NCBI GenBank assembly: GCA_964057225.1
Contig: OZ059894.1
Coordinates: 22,382,001 to 22,446,000 of the forward strand
Length of the DNA stretch: 64,000 nucleotides
Reading direction: 5' to 3'
From: Auanema rhodensis
Taxonomy: Eukaryota > Animalia > Nematoda
In this document: positions 38,301-53,300 of the stretch, in pieces
Position numbering within the stretch: position 1 is the first letter of the stretch
Layout of the letters: every line of letters starts with the position of its first letter
The notes under the pieces: model-generated
What the model was told of the DNA's origin: nothing
What the model saw: the letters and a program-made list of their open reading frames with translations, nothing else
Database searches by the model: none
Translations under genes and position numbers: made by a program

Positions 38301-41300
38301 AATGGAATCTAAAAACATCTACTTTTTGCTAAATTATTTTGAAATTTTTCGAAAAAATTTTTGTCAAAATGTTTTTGGAAGCAATGTTGAGTGTACATGG
38401 AAACTCAACATACACTAATGCATCATTTTTCAAACGATCATAACTAATTTTTGTATTAAGCGTTTCTCAATGTAGTATAGTGCATTCGATGCGGATTTTT
38501 AAGCTGCGTCGATCTGTGTTATCAGATTTGCGCTAGCTTAAAAATGCACCGAGATATCAACTGATATAAGTTCACACTTATATCCTCGATTTTCACCCTG
38601 AAGAATTAATTTTTTTGTTGAATAACATTGTCCATCGTCTTTGCCTTGAAAAATGGAATCTAAAAACATCTACTTTTTGCTAAATTATTTTGAAATTTTT
38701 CGAAAAAATTTTTGTCAAAATGTTTTTGGAAGCATTGTTGAGTGTACATGGAAACTCAACATACACTAATGCATCATTTTTCAAAGGATCATAACTAATT
38801 TTTGTATTAAGCGTTTCTCAATGTAGTATAGTGCATTCGATGCGGATTTTTAAGCTGCGTCGATCTGTGTTATCAGATTTGCGCTAGCTTAAAAATGCAC
38901 CGAGATATCAACTGATATAAGTTCACACTTATATCCTCGATTTTCACCCTGAAGAATTAATTTTTTCGTTGAATAACATTGTCCATCGTCTTTGCCTTGA
39001 AAAATGGAATCTAAAAACATCTACTTTTTGCTAAATTATTTTGAAATTTTTCGAAAAAATTTTTGTCAAAATGTTTTTGGAATCAATGTTGAGTGTAAAT
39101 GGAAACTCAACATACACTAATGCATCATTTTTCAAACGATCATAACTAATTTTTGTATTAAGCGTTTCTCAATGTAGTATAGTGCATTCGATGCGGATTT
39201 TTAAGCTGCGTCGATCTGTGTTATCAGATTTGCGCTAGCTTAAAAATGCACCGAGATATCAACTGATATAAGTTCACACTTATATCCTCGATTTTCACCC
39301 TGAAGAATTAATTTTTTCGTTGAATAACATTGTCCATCGTCTTTGCCTTGAAAAATGGAATCTAAAAACATCTACTTTTTGCTAAATTATTTTGAAATTT
39401 TTCGAAAAAATTTTTGTCAAAATGTTTTTGGAATCAATGTTGAGTGTAAATGGAAACTCAACATACACTAATGCATCATTTTTCAAACGATCATAACTAA
39501 TTTTTGTATCAAGCGTTTCTCAATGTAGTTTAGTGCATTCGATGCGGATTTTTAAGCTGCGTCCATCTGTGTTATCAGATTTGCGCTAGCTTAAAAATGC
39601 ACCGAGATATCAACTGATATAAGTTCACACTTATATCCTCGATTTTCACCCTGAAGGAATAATTTTTTCGTTGAATAACATTGTCCATCGTCTTTGCCTT
39701 GAAAAATGGAATCTAAAAACATCTACTTTTTGCTAAATTATTTTGAAATTTTTCGAAAAAATTTTTGTCAAAATGTTTTTGGAAGCAATGTTGAGTTGAG
39801 TGTACATGGAAACTCAACATACACTAATGCATCATTTTTCAAACGATCATAACTAATTTTTGTATTAAGCGTTTCTCAATGTAGTATAGTGCATTCGATG
39901 CGGATTTTTAAGCTGCGTCGATCTGTGTTATCAGATTTGCGCTAGCTTAAAAATGCACCGAGATATCAACTGATATAAGTTCACACTTATATCCTCGATT
40001 TTCACCCTGAAGAATTAATTTTTTTGTTGAATAACATTGTCCATCGTCTTTGCCTTGAAAAATGGAATCTAAAAACATCTACTTTTTGCTAAATTATTTT
40101 GAAATTTTTCGAAAAAATTTTTGTCAAAATGTTTTTGGAAGCATTGTTGAGTGTACATGGAAACTCAACATACACTAATGCATCATTTTTCAAAGGATCA
40201 TAACTAATTTTTGTATTAAGCGTTTCTCAATGTAGTATAGTGCATTCGATGCGGATTTTTAAGCTGCGTCGATCTGTGTTATCAGATTTGCGCTAGCTTA
40301 AAAATGCACCGAGATATCAACTGATATAAGTTCACACTTATATCCTCGATTTTCACCCTGAAGAATTAATTTTTTCGTTGAATAACATTGTCCATCGTCT
40401 TTGCCTTGAAAAATGGAATCTAAAAACATCTACTTTTTGCTAAATTATTTTGAAATTTTTCGAAAAAATTTTTGTCAAAATGTTTTTGGAAGCAATGTTG
40501 AGTGTACATGGAAACTCAACATACACTAATGCATCATTTTTCAAACGATCATAACTAATTTTTGTATCAAGCGTTTCTCAATGTAGTTTAGTGCATTCGA
40601 TGCGGATTTTTCAGCTGCGTCGATCTGTGTTATCAGATTTGCGCTAGCTAAAAAATGCACCGAGATATCAACTGATATAAGTTCACACTTATATCCTCGA
40701 TTTTCACCCTGAAGGAATAATTTTTTCGTTGAATAACATTGTCCATCGTCTTTGCCTTGAAAAAAGGAATCTAAAAACATCTACTTTTTGCTAAATTATT
40801 TTGAAATTTTTCGAAAAAACTTTTGTCAGAATGTTTTTGGAAGCATTGTTGAGTGTACATGGAAACTCAACATACACTAATGCATCATTTTTCAAACGAT
40901 CATAACTAATTTTTGTATCAAGCGTTTCTCAATGTAGTTTAGTGCATTCGATGCGGATTTTTAAGCTGCGTCCATCTGTGTTATCAGATTTGCGCTAGCT
41001 TAAAAATGCACCGAGATATCAACTGATATAAGTTCACACTTATATCCTCGATTTTCACCCTGAAGGAATAATTTTTTCGTTGAATAACATTGTCCATCGT
41101 CTTTGCCTTGAAAAATGGAATCTAAAAACATCTACTTTTTGCTAAATTATTTTGAAATTTTTCGAAAAAATTTTTGTCAAAATGTTTTTGGAAGCAATGT
41201 TGAGTGTACATGGAAACTCAACATACACTAATGCATCATTTTTCAAACGATCATAACTAATTTTTGTATTAAGCGTTTCTCAATGTAGTATAGTGCATTC

Positions 41301-44300
41301 GATGCGGATTTTTAAGCTGCGTCGATCTGTGTTATCAGATTTGCGCTAGCTTAAAAATGCACCGAGATATCAACTGATATAAGTTCACACTTATATCCTC
41401 GATTTTCACCCTGAAGAATTAATTTTTTTGTTGAATAACATTGTCCATCGTCTTTGCCTTGAAAAATGGAATCTAAAAACATCTACTTTTTGCTAAATTA
41501 TTTTGAAATTTTTCGAAAAAATTTTTGTCAAAATGTTTTTGGAAGCATTGTTGAGTGTACATGGAAACTCAACATACACTAATGCATCATTTTTCAAAGG
41601 ATCATAACTAATTTTTGTATTAAGCGTTTCTCAATGTAGTATAGTGCATTCGATGCGGATTTTTAAGCTGCGTCGATCTGTGTTATCAGATTTGCGCTAG
41701 CTTAAAAATGCACCGAGATATCAACTGATATAAGTTCACACTTATATCCTCGATTTTCACCCTGAAGAATTAATTTTTTCGTTGAATAACATTGTCCATC
41801 GTCTTTGCCTTGAAAAATGGAATCTAAAAACATCTACTTTTTGCTAAATTATTTTGAAATTTTTCGAAAAAATTTTTGTCAAAATGTTTTTGGAAGCAAT
41901 GTTGAGTGTACATGGAAACTCAACATACACTAATGCATCATTTTTCAAACGATCATAACTAATTTTTGTATTAAGCGTTTCTCAATGTAGTATAGTGCAT
42001 TCGATGCGGATTTTTCAGCTGCGTCGATCTGTGTTATCAGATTTGCGCTAGCTAAAAAATGCACCGAGATATCAACTGATATAAGTTCACACTTATATCC
42101 TCGATTTTCACCCTGAAGGAATAATTTTTTCGTTGAATAACATTGTCCATCGTCTTTGCCTTGAAAAATGGAATCTAAAAACATCTACTTTTTGCTAAAT
42201 TATTTTGAAATTTTTCGAAAAAATTTTTGTCAAAATGTTTTTGGAAGCATTGTTGAGTGTACATGGAAACTCAACATACACTAATGCATCATTTTTCAAA
42301 GGATCATAACTAATTTTTGTATTAAGCGTTTCTCAATGTAGTATAGTGCATTCGATGCGGATTTTTAAGCTGCGTCGATCTGTGTTATCAGATTTGCGCT
42401 AGCTTAAAAATGCACCGAGATATCAACTGATATAAGTTCACACTTATATCCTCGATTTTCACCCTGAAGAATTAATTTTTTCGTTGAATAACATTGTCCA
42501 TCGTCTTTGCCTTGAAAAATGGAATCTAAAAACATCTACTTTTTGCTAAATTATTTTGAAATTTTTCGAAAAAATTTTTGTCAAAATGTTTTTGGAAGCA
42601 ATGTTGAGTGTACATGGAAACTCAACATACACTAACGCATCATTTTTCAAACGATCATAACTAATTTTTGTATCAAGCGTTTCTCAATGTAGTTTAGTGC
42701 ATTCGATGCGGATTTTTCAGCTGCGTCGATCTGTGTTATCAGATTTGCGCTAGCTAAAAAATGCACCGAGATATCAACTGATATAAGTTCACACTTATAT
42801 CCTCGATTTTCACCCTGAAGGAATAATTTTTTCGTTGAATAACATTGTCCATCGTCTTTGCCTTGAAAAAAGGAATCTAAAAACATCTACTTTTTGCTAA
42901 ATTATTTTGAAATTTTTCGAAAAAACTTTTGTCAGAATGTTTTTGGAAGCATTGTTGAGTGTACATGGAAACTCAACATACACTAATGCATCATTTTTCA
43001 AACGATCATAACTAATTTTTGTATCAAGCGTTTCTCAATGTAGTTTAGTGCATTCGATGCGGATTTTTAAGCTGCGTCCATCTGTGTTATCAGATTTGCG
43101 CTAGCTTAAAAATGCACCGAGATATCAACTGATATAAGTTCACACTTATATCCTCGATTTTCACCCTGAAGGAATAATTTTTTCGTTGAATAACATTGTC
43201 CATCGTCTTTGCCTTGAAAAATGGAATCTAAAAACATCTACTTTTTGCTAAATTATTTTGAAATTTTTCGAAAAAATTTTTGTCAAAATGTTTTTGGAAG
43301 CAATGTTGAGTGTACATGGAAACTCAACATACACTAATGCATCATTTTTCAAACGATCATAACTAATTTTTGTATTAAGCGTTTCTCAATGTAGTATAGT
43401 GCATTCGATGCGGATTTTTAAGCTGCGTCGATCTGTGTTATCAGATTTGCGCTAGCTTAAAAATGCACCGAGATATCAACTGATATAAGTTCACACTTAT
43501 ATCCTCGATTTTCACCCTGAAGAATTAATTTTTTTGTTGAATAACATTGTCCATCGTCTTTGCCTTGAAAAATGAAATCTAAAAACATCTACTTTTTGCT
43601 AAATTATTATGAAATTTTTCGAAAAAATTTTTGTCAAAATGTTTTTGGAAGCATTGTTGAGTGTACATGGAAACTCAACATACACTAATGCATCATTTTT
43701 CAAAGGATCATAACTAATTTTTGTATTAAGCGTTTCTCAATGTAGTATAGTGCATTCGATGCGGATTTTTAAGCTGCGTCGATCTGTGTTATCAGATTTG
43801 CGCTAGCTTAAAAATGCACCGAGATATCAACTGATATAAGTTCACACTTATATCCTCGATTTTCACCCTGAAGAATTAATTTTTTCGTTGAATAACATTG
43901 TCCATCGTCTTTGCCTTGAAAAATGGAATCTAAAAACATCTACTTTTTGCTAAATTATTTTGAAATTTTTCGAAAAAATTTTTGTCAAAATGTTTTTGGA
44001 AGCAATGTTGAGTGTACATGGAAACTCAACATACACTAATGCATCATTTTTCAAACGATCATAACTAATTTTTGTATCAAGCGTTTCTCAATGTAGTTTA
44101 GTGCATTCGATGCGGATTTTTCAGCTGCGTCGATCTGTGTTATCAGATTTGCGCTAGCTAAAAAATGCACCGAGATATCAACTGATATAAGTTCACACTT
44201 ATATCCTCGATTTTCACCCTGAAGGAATAATTTTTTCGTTGAATAACATTGTCCATCGTCTTTGCCTTGAAAAAAGGAATCTAAAAACATCTACTTTTTG

Positions 44301-47300
44301 CTAAATTATTTTGAAATTTTTCGAAAAAACTTTTGTCAGAATGTTTTTGGAAGCATTGTTGAGTGTACATGGAAACTCAACATACACTAATGCATCATTT
44401 TTCAAACGATCATAACTAATTTTTGTATCAAGCGTTTCTCAATGTAGTTTAGTGCATTCGATGCGGATTTTTAAGCTGCGTCCATCTGTGTTATCAGATT
44501 TGCGCTAGCTTAAAAATGCACCGAGATATCAACTGATATAAGTTCACACTTATATCCTCGATTTTCACCCTGAAGGAATAATTTTTTCGTTGAATAACAT
44601 TGTCCATCGTCTTTGCCTTGAAAAATGGAATCTAAAAACATCTACTTTTTGCTAAATTATTTTGAAATTTTTCGAAAAAATTTTTGTCAAAATGTTTTTG
44701 GAAGCAATGTTGAGTGTACATGGAAACTCAACATACACTAATGCATCATTTTTCAAACGATCATAACTAATTTTTGTATTAAGCGTTTCTCAATGTAGTA
44801 TAGTGCATTCGATGCGGATTTTTAAGCTGCGTCGATCTGTGTTATCAGATTTGCGCTAGCTTAAAAATGCACCGAGATATCAACTGATATAAGTTCACAC
44901 TTATATCCTCGATTTTCACCCTGAAGAATTAATTTTTTTGTTGAATAACATTGTCCATCGTCTTTGCCTTGAAAAATGGAATCTAAAAACATCTACTTTT
45001 TGCTAAATTATTTTGAAATTTTTCGAAAAAATTTTTGTCAAAATGTTTTTGGAAGCATTGTTGAGTGTACATGGAAACTCAACATACACTAATGCATCAT
45101 TTTTCAAAGGATCATAACTAATTTTTGTATTAAGCGTTTCTCAATGTAGTATAGTGCATTCGATGCGGATTTTTAAGCTGCGTCGATCTGTGTTATCAGA
45201 TTTGCGCTAGCCTAAAAATGCACCGAGATATCAACTGATATAAGTTCACACTTATATCCTCGATTTTCACCCTGAAGAATTAATTTTTTCGTTGAATAAC
45301 ATTGTCCATCGTCTTTGCCTTGAAAAATGGAATCTAAAAACATCTACTTTTTGCTAAATTATTTTGAAATTTTTCGAAAAAATTTTTGTCAAAATGTTTT
45401 TGGAAGCAATGTTGAGTGTACATGGAAACTCAACATACACTAATGCATCATTTTTCAAACGATCATAACTAATTTTTGTATCAAGCGTTTCTCAATGTAG
45501 TTTAGTGCATTCGATGCGGATTTTTCAGCTGCGTCGATCTGTGTTATCAGATTTGCGCTAGCTAAAAAATGCACCGAGATATCAACTGATATAAGTTCAC
45601 ACTTATATCCTCGATTTTCACCCTGAAGGAATAATTTTTTCGTTGAATAACATTGTCCATCGTCTTTGCCTTGAAAAAAGGAATCTAAAAACATCTACTT
45701 TTTGCTAAATTATTTTGAAATTTTTCGAAAAAACTTTTGTCAGAATGTTTTTGGAAGCATTGTTGAGTGTACATGGAAACTCAACATACACTAATGCATC
45801 ATTTTTCAAACGATCATAACTAATTTTTGTATCAAGCGTTTCTCAATGTAGTTTAGTGCATTCGATGCGGATTTTTAAGCTGCGTCGATCTGTGTTATCA
45901 GATTTGCGCTAGCTTAAAAATGCACCGAGATATCAACTGATATAAGTTCACACTTATATCCTCGATTTTCACCCTGAAGGAATAATTTTTTCGTTGAATA
46001 ACATTGTCCATCGTCTTTGCCTTGAAAAATGGAATCTAAAAAAATCTACTTTTTGCTAAATTATTTTGAAATTTTTCGAAAAAATTTTTGTCAAAATGTT
46101 TTTGGAAGCAATGTTGAGTGTACATGGAAACTCAACATACACTAATGCATCATTTTTCAAACGATCATAACTAATTTTTGTATTAAGCGTTTCTCAATGT
46201 AGTATAGTGCATTCGATGCGGATTTTTAAGCTGCGTCGATCTGTGTTATCAGATTTGCGCTAGCTTAAAAATGCACCGATATATCAACTGATATAAGTTC
46301 ACACTTATATCCTCGATTTTCACCCTGAAGGAATAATTTTTTCGTTGAATAACATTGTCCATCGTCTTTGCCTTGAAAAAAGGAATCTAAAAACATCTAC
46401 TTTTTGCTAAATTATTTTGAAATTTTTCGAAAAAATTTTTGTCAAAATGTTTTTGGAAGCAATGTTGAGTGTACATGGAAACTCAACATACACTAATGCA
46501 TCATTTTTCAAACGATCATAACTAATTTTTGTATTAAGCGTTTCTCAATGTAGTATAGTGCATTCGATGCGGATTTTTAAGCTGCGTCGATCTGTGTTAT
46601 CAGATTTGCGCTAGCTTAAAAATGCACCGAGATATCAACTGATATAAGTTCACACTTATATCCTCGATTTTCACCCTGAAGGAATAATTTTTTCGTCGAA
46701 TAACATTGTCCATCGTCTTTGCCTTGAAAAAAGGAATCTAAAAACATCTACTTTTTTCTAAATTATTTTGAAATTTTTCGAAAAAATTTTTGTCAAAATG
46801 TTTTTGGAAGCAATGTTGAGTGTACATGGAAACTCAACATACACTAATGCATCATTTTTCAAACGATCATAACTAATTTTTGTATTAAGCGTTTCTCAAT
46901 GTAGTATAGTGCATTCGATGCGGATTTTTAAGCTGCGTCGATCTGTGTTATCAGATTTGCGCTAGCTTAAAAATGCACCGAGATATCAACTGATATAAGT
47001 TCACACTTATATCCTCGATTTTCACCCTGAAGAATTAATTTTTTCGTTGAATAACATTGTCCATCGTCTTTGCCTTGAAAAATGGAATCTAAAAACATCT
47101 ACTTTTTGCTAAATTATTTTGAAATTTTTCGAAAAAATTTTTGTCAAAATGTTTTTGGAAGCATTGTTGAGTGTACATGGAAACTCAACATACACTAATG
47201 CATCATTTTTCAAAGGATCATAACTAATTTTTGTATTAAGCGTTTCTCAATGTAGTATAGTGCATTCGATGCGGATTTTTAAGCTGCGTCGATCTGTGTT

Positions 47301-50300
47301 ATCAGATTTGCGCTAGCTTAAAAATGCACCGAGATATCAACTGATATAAGTTCACACTTATATCCTCGATTTTCACCCTGAAGAATTAATTTTTTCGTTG
47401 AATAACATTGTCCATCGTCTTTGCCTTGAAAAATGGAATCTAAAAACATCTACTTTTTGCTAAATTATTCTGAAATTTTTCGAAAAAATTTTTGTCAAAA
47501 TGTTTTTGGAAGCAATGTTGAGTGTACATGGAAACTCAACATACACTAATGCATCATTTTTCAAACGATCATAACTAATTTTTGTATCAAGCGTTTCTCA
47601 ATGTAGTTTAGTGCATTCGATGCGGATTTTTAAGCTGCGTCCATCTGTGTTATCAGATTTGCGCTAGCTTAAAAATGCACCGAGATATCAACTGATATAA
47701 GTTCACACTTATATCCTCGATTTTCACCCTGAAGGAATAATTTTTTCGTTGAATAACATTGTCCATCGTCTTTGCCTTGAAAAATGGAATCTAAAAACAT
47801 CTACTTTTTGCTAAATTATTTTGAAATTTTTCGAAAAAATTTTTGTCAAAATGTTTTTGGAAGCAATGTTGAGTGTACATGGAAACTCAACATACACTAA
47901 TGCATCATTTTTCAAACGATCATAACTAATTTTTGTATTAAGCGTTTCTCAATGTAGTATGGTGCATTCGATGCGGATTTTTAAGCTGCGTCGATCTGTG
48001 TTATCAGATTTGCGCTAGCTTAAAAATGCACCGAGATATCAACTGATATAAGTTCACACTTATATCCTCGATTTTCACCCTGAAGAATTAATTTTTTTGT
48101 TGAATAACATTGTCCATCGTCTTTGCCTTGAAAAATGGAATCTAAAAACATCTACTTTTTGCTAAATTATTTTGAAATTTTTCGAAAAAATTTTTGTCAA
48201 AATGTTTTTGGAAGCATTGTTGAGTGTACATGGAAACTCAACATACACTAATGCATCATTTTTCAAAGGATCATAACTAATTTTTGTATTAAGCGTTTCT
48301 CAATGTAGTATAGTGCATTCGATGCGGATTTTTAAGCTGCGTCGATCTGTGTTATCAGATTTGCGCTAGCTTAAAAATGCACCGAGATATCAACTGATAT
48401 AAGTTCACACTTATATCCTCGATTTTCACCCTGAAGAATTAATTTTTTCGTTGAATAACACTGTCCATCGTCTTTGCCTTGAAAAATGGAATCTAAAAAC
48501 ATCTACTTTTTGCTAAATTATTTTGAAATTTTTCGAAAAAATTTTTGTCAAAATGTTTTTGGAAGCAATGTTGAGTGTACATGGAAACTCAACATACACT
48601 AATGCATCATTTTTCAAACGATCATAACTAATTTTTGTATCAAGCGTTTCTCAATGTAGTTTAGTGCATTCGATGCGGATTTTTAAGCTGCGTCGATCTG
48701 TGTTATCAGATTTGCGCTAGCTTAAAAATGCACCGAGATATCAACTGATATAAGTTCACACTTATATCCTCGATTTTCACCCTGAAGAATTAATTTTTTC
48801 GTTGAATAACATTGTCCATCGTCTTTGCCTTGAAAAATGGAATCTAAAAACATCTACTTTTTGCTAAATTATTTTGAAATTTTTCGAAAAAATTTTTGTC
48901 AAAATGTTTTTGGAAGCAATGTTGAGTGTACATGGAAACTCAACATACACTAATGCATCATTTTTCAAACGATCATAACTAATTTTTGTATCAAGCGTTT
49001 CTCAATGTAGTTTAGTGCATTCGATGCGGATTTTTCAGCTGCGTCGATCTGTGTTATCAGATTTGCGCTAGCTAAAAAATGCACCGAGATATCAACTGAT
49101 ATAAGTTCACACTTATATCCTCGATTTTCACCCTGAAGGAATAATTTTTTCGTTGAATAACATTGTCCATCGTCTTTGCCTTGAAAAAAGGAATCTAAAA
49201 ACATCTACTTTTTGCTAAATTATTTTGAAATTTTTCGAAAAAACTTTTGTCAGAATGTTTTTGGAAGCATTGTTGAGTGTACATGGAAACTCAACATACA
49301 CTAATGCATCATTTTTCAAACGATCATAACTAATTTTTGTATCAAGCGTTTCTCAATGTAGTTTAGTGCATTCGATGCGGATTTTTAAGCTGCGTCCATC
49401 TGTGTTATCAGATTTGCGCTAGCTTAAAAATGCACCGAGATATCAACTGATATAAGTTCACACTTATATCCTCGATTTTCACCCTGAAGGAATAATTTTT
49501 TCGTTGAATAACATTGTCCATCGTCTTTGCCTTGAAAAATGGAATCTAAAAACATCTACTTTTTGCTAAATTATTTTGAAATTTTTCGAAAAAATTTTTG
49601 TCAAAATGTTTTTGGAAGCAATGTTGAGTGTACATGGAAACTCAACATACACTAATGCATCATTTTTCAAACGATCATAACTAATTTTTGTATTAAGCGT
49701 TTCTCAATGTAGTATAGTGCATTCGATGCGGATTTTTAAGCTGCGTCGATCTGTGTTATCAGATTTGCGCTAGCTTAAAAATGCACCGAGATATCAACTG
49801 ATATAAGTTCACACTTATATCCTCGATTTTCACCCTGAAGAATTAATTTTTTCGTTGAATAACATTGTCCATCGTCTTTGCCTTGAAAAATGGAATCTAA
49901 AAACATCTACTTTTTGCTAAATTATTTTGAAATTTTTCGAAAAAATTTTTGTCAAAATGTTTTTGGAAGCAATGTTGAGTGTACATGGAAACTCAACATA
50001 CACTAATGCATCATTTTTCAAACGATCATAACTAATTTTTGTATCAAGCGTTTCTCAATGTAGTTTAGTGCATTCGATGCGGATTTTTCAGCTGCGTCGA
50101 TCTGTGTTATCAGATTTGCGCTAGCTAAAAAATGCACCGAGATATCAACTGATATAAGTTCACACTTATATCCTCGATTTTCACCCTGAAGGAATAATTT
50201 TTTCGTTGAATAACATTGTCCATCGTCTTTGCCTTGAAAAAAGGAATCTAAAAACATCTACTTTTTGCTAAATTATTTTGAAATTTTTCGAAAAAACTTT

Positions 50301-53300
50301 TGTCAGAATGTTTTTGGAAGCATTGTTGAGTGTACATGGAAACTCAACATACACTAATGCATCATTTTTCAAACGATCATAACTAATTTTTGTATCAAGC
50401 GTTTCTCAATGTAGTTTAGTGCATTCGATGCGGATTTTTAAGCTGCGTCGATCTGTGTTATCAGATTTGCGCTAGCTTAAAAATGCACCGAGATATCAAC
50501 TGATATAAGTTCACACTTATATCCTCGATTTTCACCCTGAAGGAATAATTTTTTCGTTGAATAACATTGTCCATCGTCTTTGCCTTGAAAAATGGAATCT
50601 AAAAAAATCTACTTTTTGCTAAATTATTTTGAAATTTTTCGAAAAAATTTTTGTCAAAATGTTTTTGGAAGCAATGTTGAGTGTACATGGAAACTCAACA
50701 TACACTAATGCATCATTTTTCAAACGATCATAACTAATTTTTGTATTAAGCGTTTCTCAATGTAGTATAGTGCATTCGATGCGGATTTTTAAGCTGCGTC
50801 GATCTGTGTTATCAGATTTGCGCTAGCTTAAAAATGCACCGAGATATCAACTGATATAAGTTCACACTTATATCCTCGATTTTCACCCTGAAGGAATAAT
50901 TTTTTCGTTGAATAACATTGTCCATCGTCTTTGCCTTGAAAAAAGGAATCTAAAAACATCTACTTTTTGCTAAATTATTTTGAAATTTTTCGAAAAAATT
51001 TTTGTCAAAATGTTTTTGGAAGCAATGTTGAGTGTACATGGAAACTCAACATACACTAATGCATCATTTTTCAAACGATCATAACTAATTTTTGTATTAA
51101 GCGTTTCTCAATGTAGTATAGTGCATTCGATGCGGATTTTTAAGCTGCGTCGATCTGTGTTATCAGATTTGCGCTAGCTTAAAAATGCACCGAGATATCA
51201 ACTGATATAAGTTCACACTTATATCCTCGATTTTCACCCTGAAGGAATAATTTTTTCGTCGAATAACATTGTCCATCGTCTTTGCCTTGAAAAAAGGAAT
51301 CTAAAAACATCTACTTTTTTCTAAATTATTTTGAAATTTTTCGAAAAAATTTTTGTCAAAATGTTTTTGGAAGCAATGTTGAGTGTACATGGAAACTCAA
51401 CATACACTAATGCATCATTTTTCAAACGATCATAACTAATTTTTGTATTAAGCGTTTCTCAATGTAGTATAGTGCATTCGATGCGGATTTTTAAGCTGCG
51501 TCGATCTGTGTTATCAGATTTGCGCTAGCTTAAAAATGCACCGAGATATCAACTGATATAAGTTCACACTTATATCCTCGATTTTCACCCTGAAGAATTA
51601 ATTTTTTCGTTGAATAACATTGTCCATCGTCTTTGCCTTGAAAAATGGAATCTAAAAACATCTACTTTTTGCTAAATTATTTTGAAATTTTTCGAAAAAA
51701 TTTTTGTCAAAATGTTTTTGGAAGCATTGTTGAGTGTACATGGAAACTCAACATACACTAATGCATCATTTTTCAAAGGATCATAACTAATTTTTGTATT
51801 AAGCGTTTCTCAATGTAGTATAGTGCATTCGATGCGGATTTTTAAGCTGCGTCGATCTGTGTTATCAGATTTGCGCTAGCTTAAAAATGCACCGAGATAT
51901 CAACTGATATAAGTTCACACTTATATCCTCGATTTTCACCCTGAAGAATTAATTTTTTCGTTGAATAACATTGTCCATCGTCTTTGCCTTGAAAAATGGA
52001 ATCTAAAAACATCTACTTTTTGCTAAATTATTCTGAAATTTTTCGAAAAAATTTTTGTCAAAATGTTTTTGGAAGCAATGTTGAGTGTACATGGAAACTC
52101 AACATACACTAATGCATCATTTTTCAAACGATCATAACTAATTTTTGTATCAAGCGTTTCTCAATGTAGTTTAGTGCATTCGATGCGGATTTTTAAGCTG
52201 CGTCCATCTGTGTTATCAGATTTGCGCTAGCTTAAAAATGCACCGAGATATCAACTGATATAAGTTCACACTTATATCCTCGATTTTCACCCTGAAGGAA
52301 TAATTTTTTCGTTGAATAACATTGTCCATCGTCTTTGCCTTGAAAAATGGAATCTAAAAACATCTACTTTTTGCTAAATTATTTTGAAATTTTTCGAAAA
52401 AATTTTTGTCAAAATGTTTTTGGAAGCAATGTTGAGTGTACATGGAAACTCAACATACACTAATGCATCATTTTTCAAACGATCATAACTAATTTTTGTA
52501 TTAAGCGTTTCTCAATGTAGTATAGTGCATTCGATGCGGATTTTTAAGCTGCGTCGATCTGTGTTATCAGATTTGCGCTAGCTTAAAAATGCACCGAGAT
52601 ATCAACTGATATAAGTTCACACTTATATCCTCGATTTTCACCCTGAAGAATTAATTTTTTTGTTGAATAACATTGTCCATCGTCTTTGCCTTGAAAAATG
52701 GAATCTAAAAATATCTACTTTTTGCTAAATTATTTTGAAATTTTTCGAAAAAATTTTTGTCAAAATGTTTTTGGAAGCATTGTTGAGTGTACATGGAAAC
52801 TCAACATACACTAATGCATCATTTTTCAAAGGATCATAACTAATTTTTGTATTAAGCGTTTCTCAATGTAGTATAGTGCATTCGATGCGGATTTTTAAGC
52901 TGCGTCGATCTGTGTTATCAGATTTGCGCTAGCTTAAAAATGCACCGAGATATCAACTGATATAAGTTCACACTTATATCCTCGATTTTCACCCTGAAGA
53001 ATTAATTTTTTCGTTGAATAACATTGTCCATCGTCTTTGCCTTGAAAAATGGAATCTAAAAACATCTACTTTTTGCTAAATTATTTTGAAATTTTTCGAA
53101 AAAATTTTTGTCAAAATGTTTTTGGAAGCAATGTTGAGTGTACATGGAAACTCAACATACACTAATGCATCATTTTTCAAACGATCATAACTAATTTTTG
53201 TATCAAGCGTTTCTCAATGTAGTTTAGTGCATTCGATGCGGATTTTTCAGCTGCGTCGATCTGTGTTATCAGATTTGCGCTAGCTAAAAAATGCACCGAG

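Noticed and set aside
7372-40014. Five 1-bp deletions and one 5-bp insertion restore the exact 351-bp register (63181 = 1 + 180 x 351)
   Set aside because: True arithmetically, but the events are many kb apart and the sum depends on the window start, so it is treated as coincidence. The deletion near 7475 is a singleton in a T-run and may be an error.
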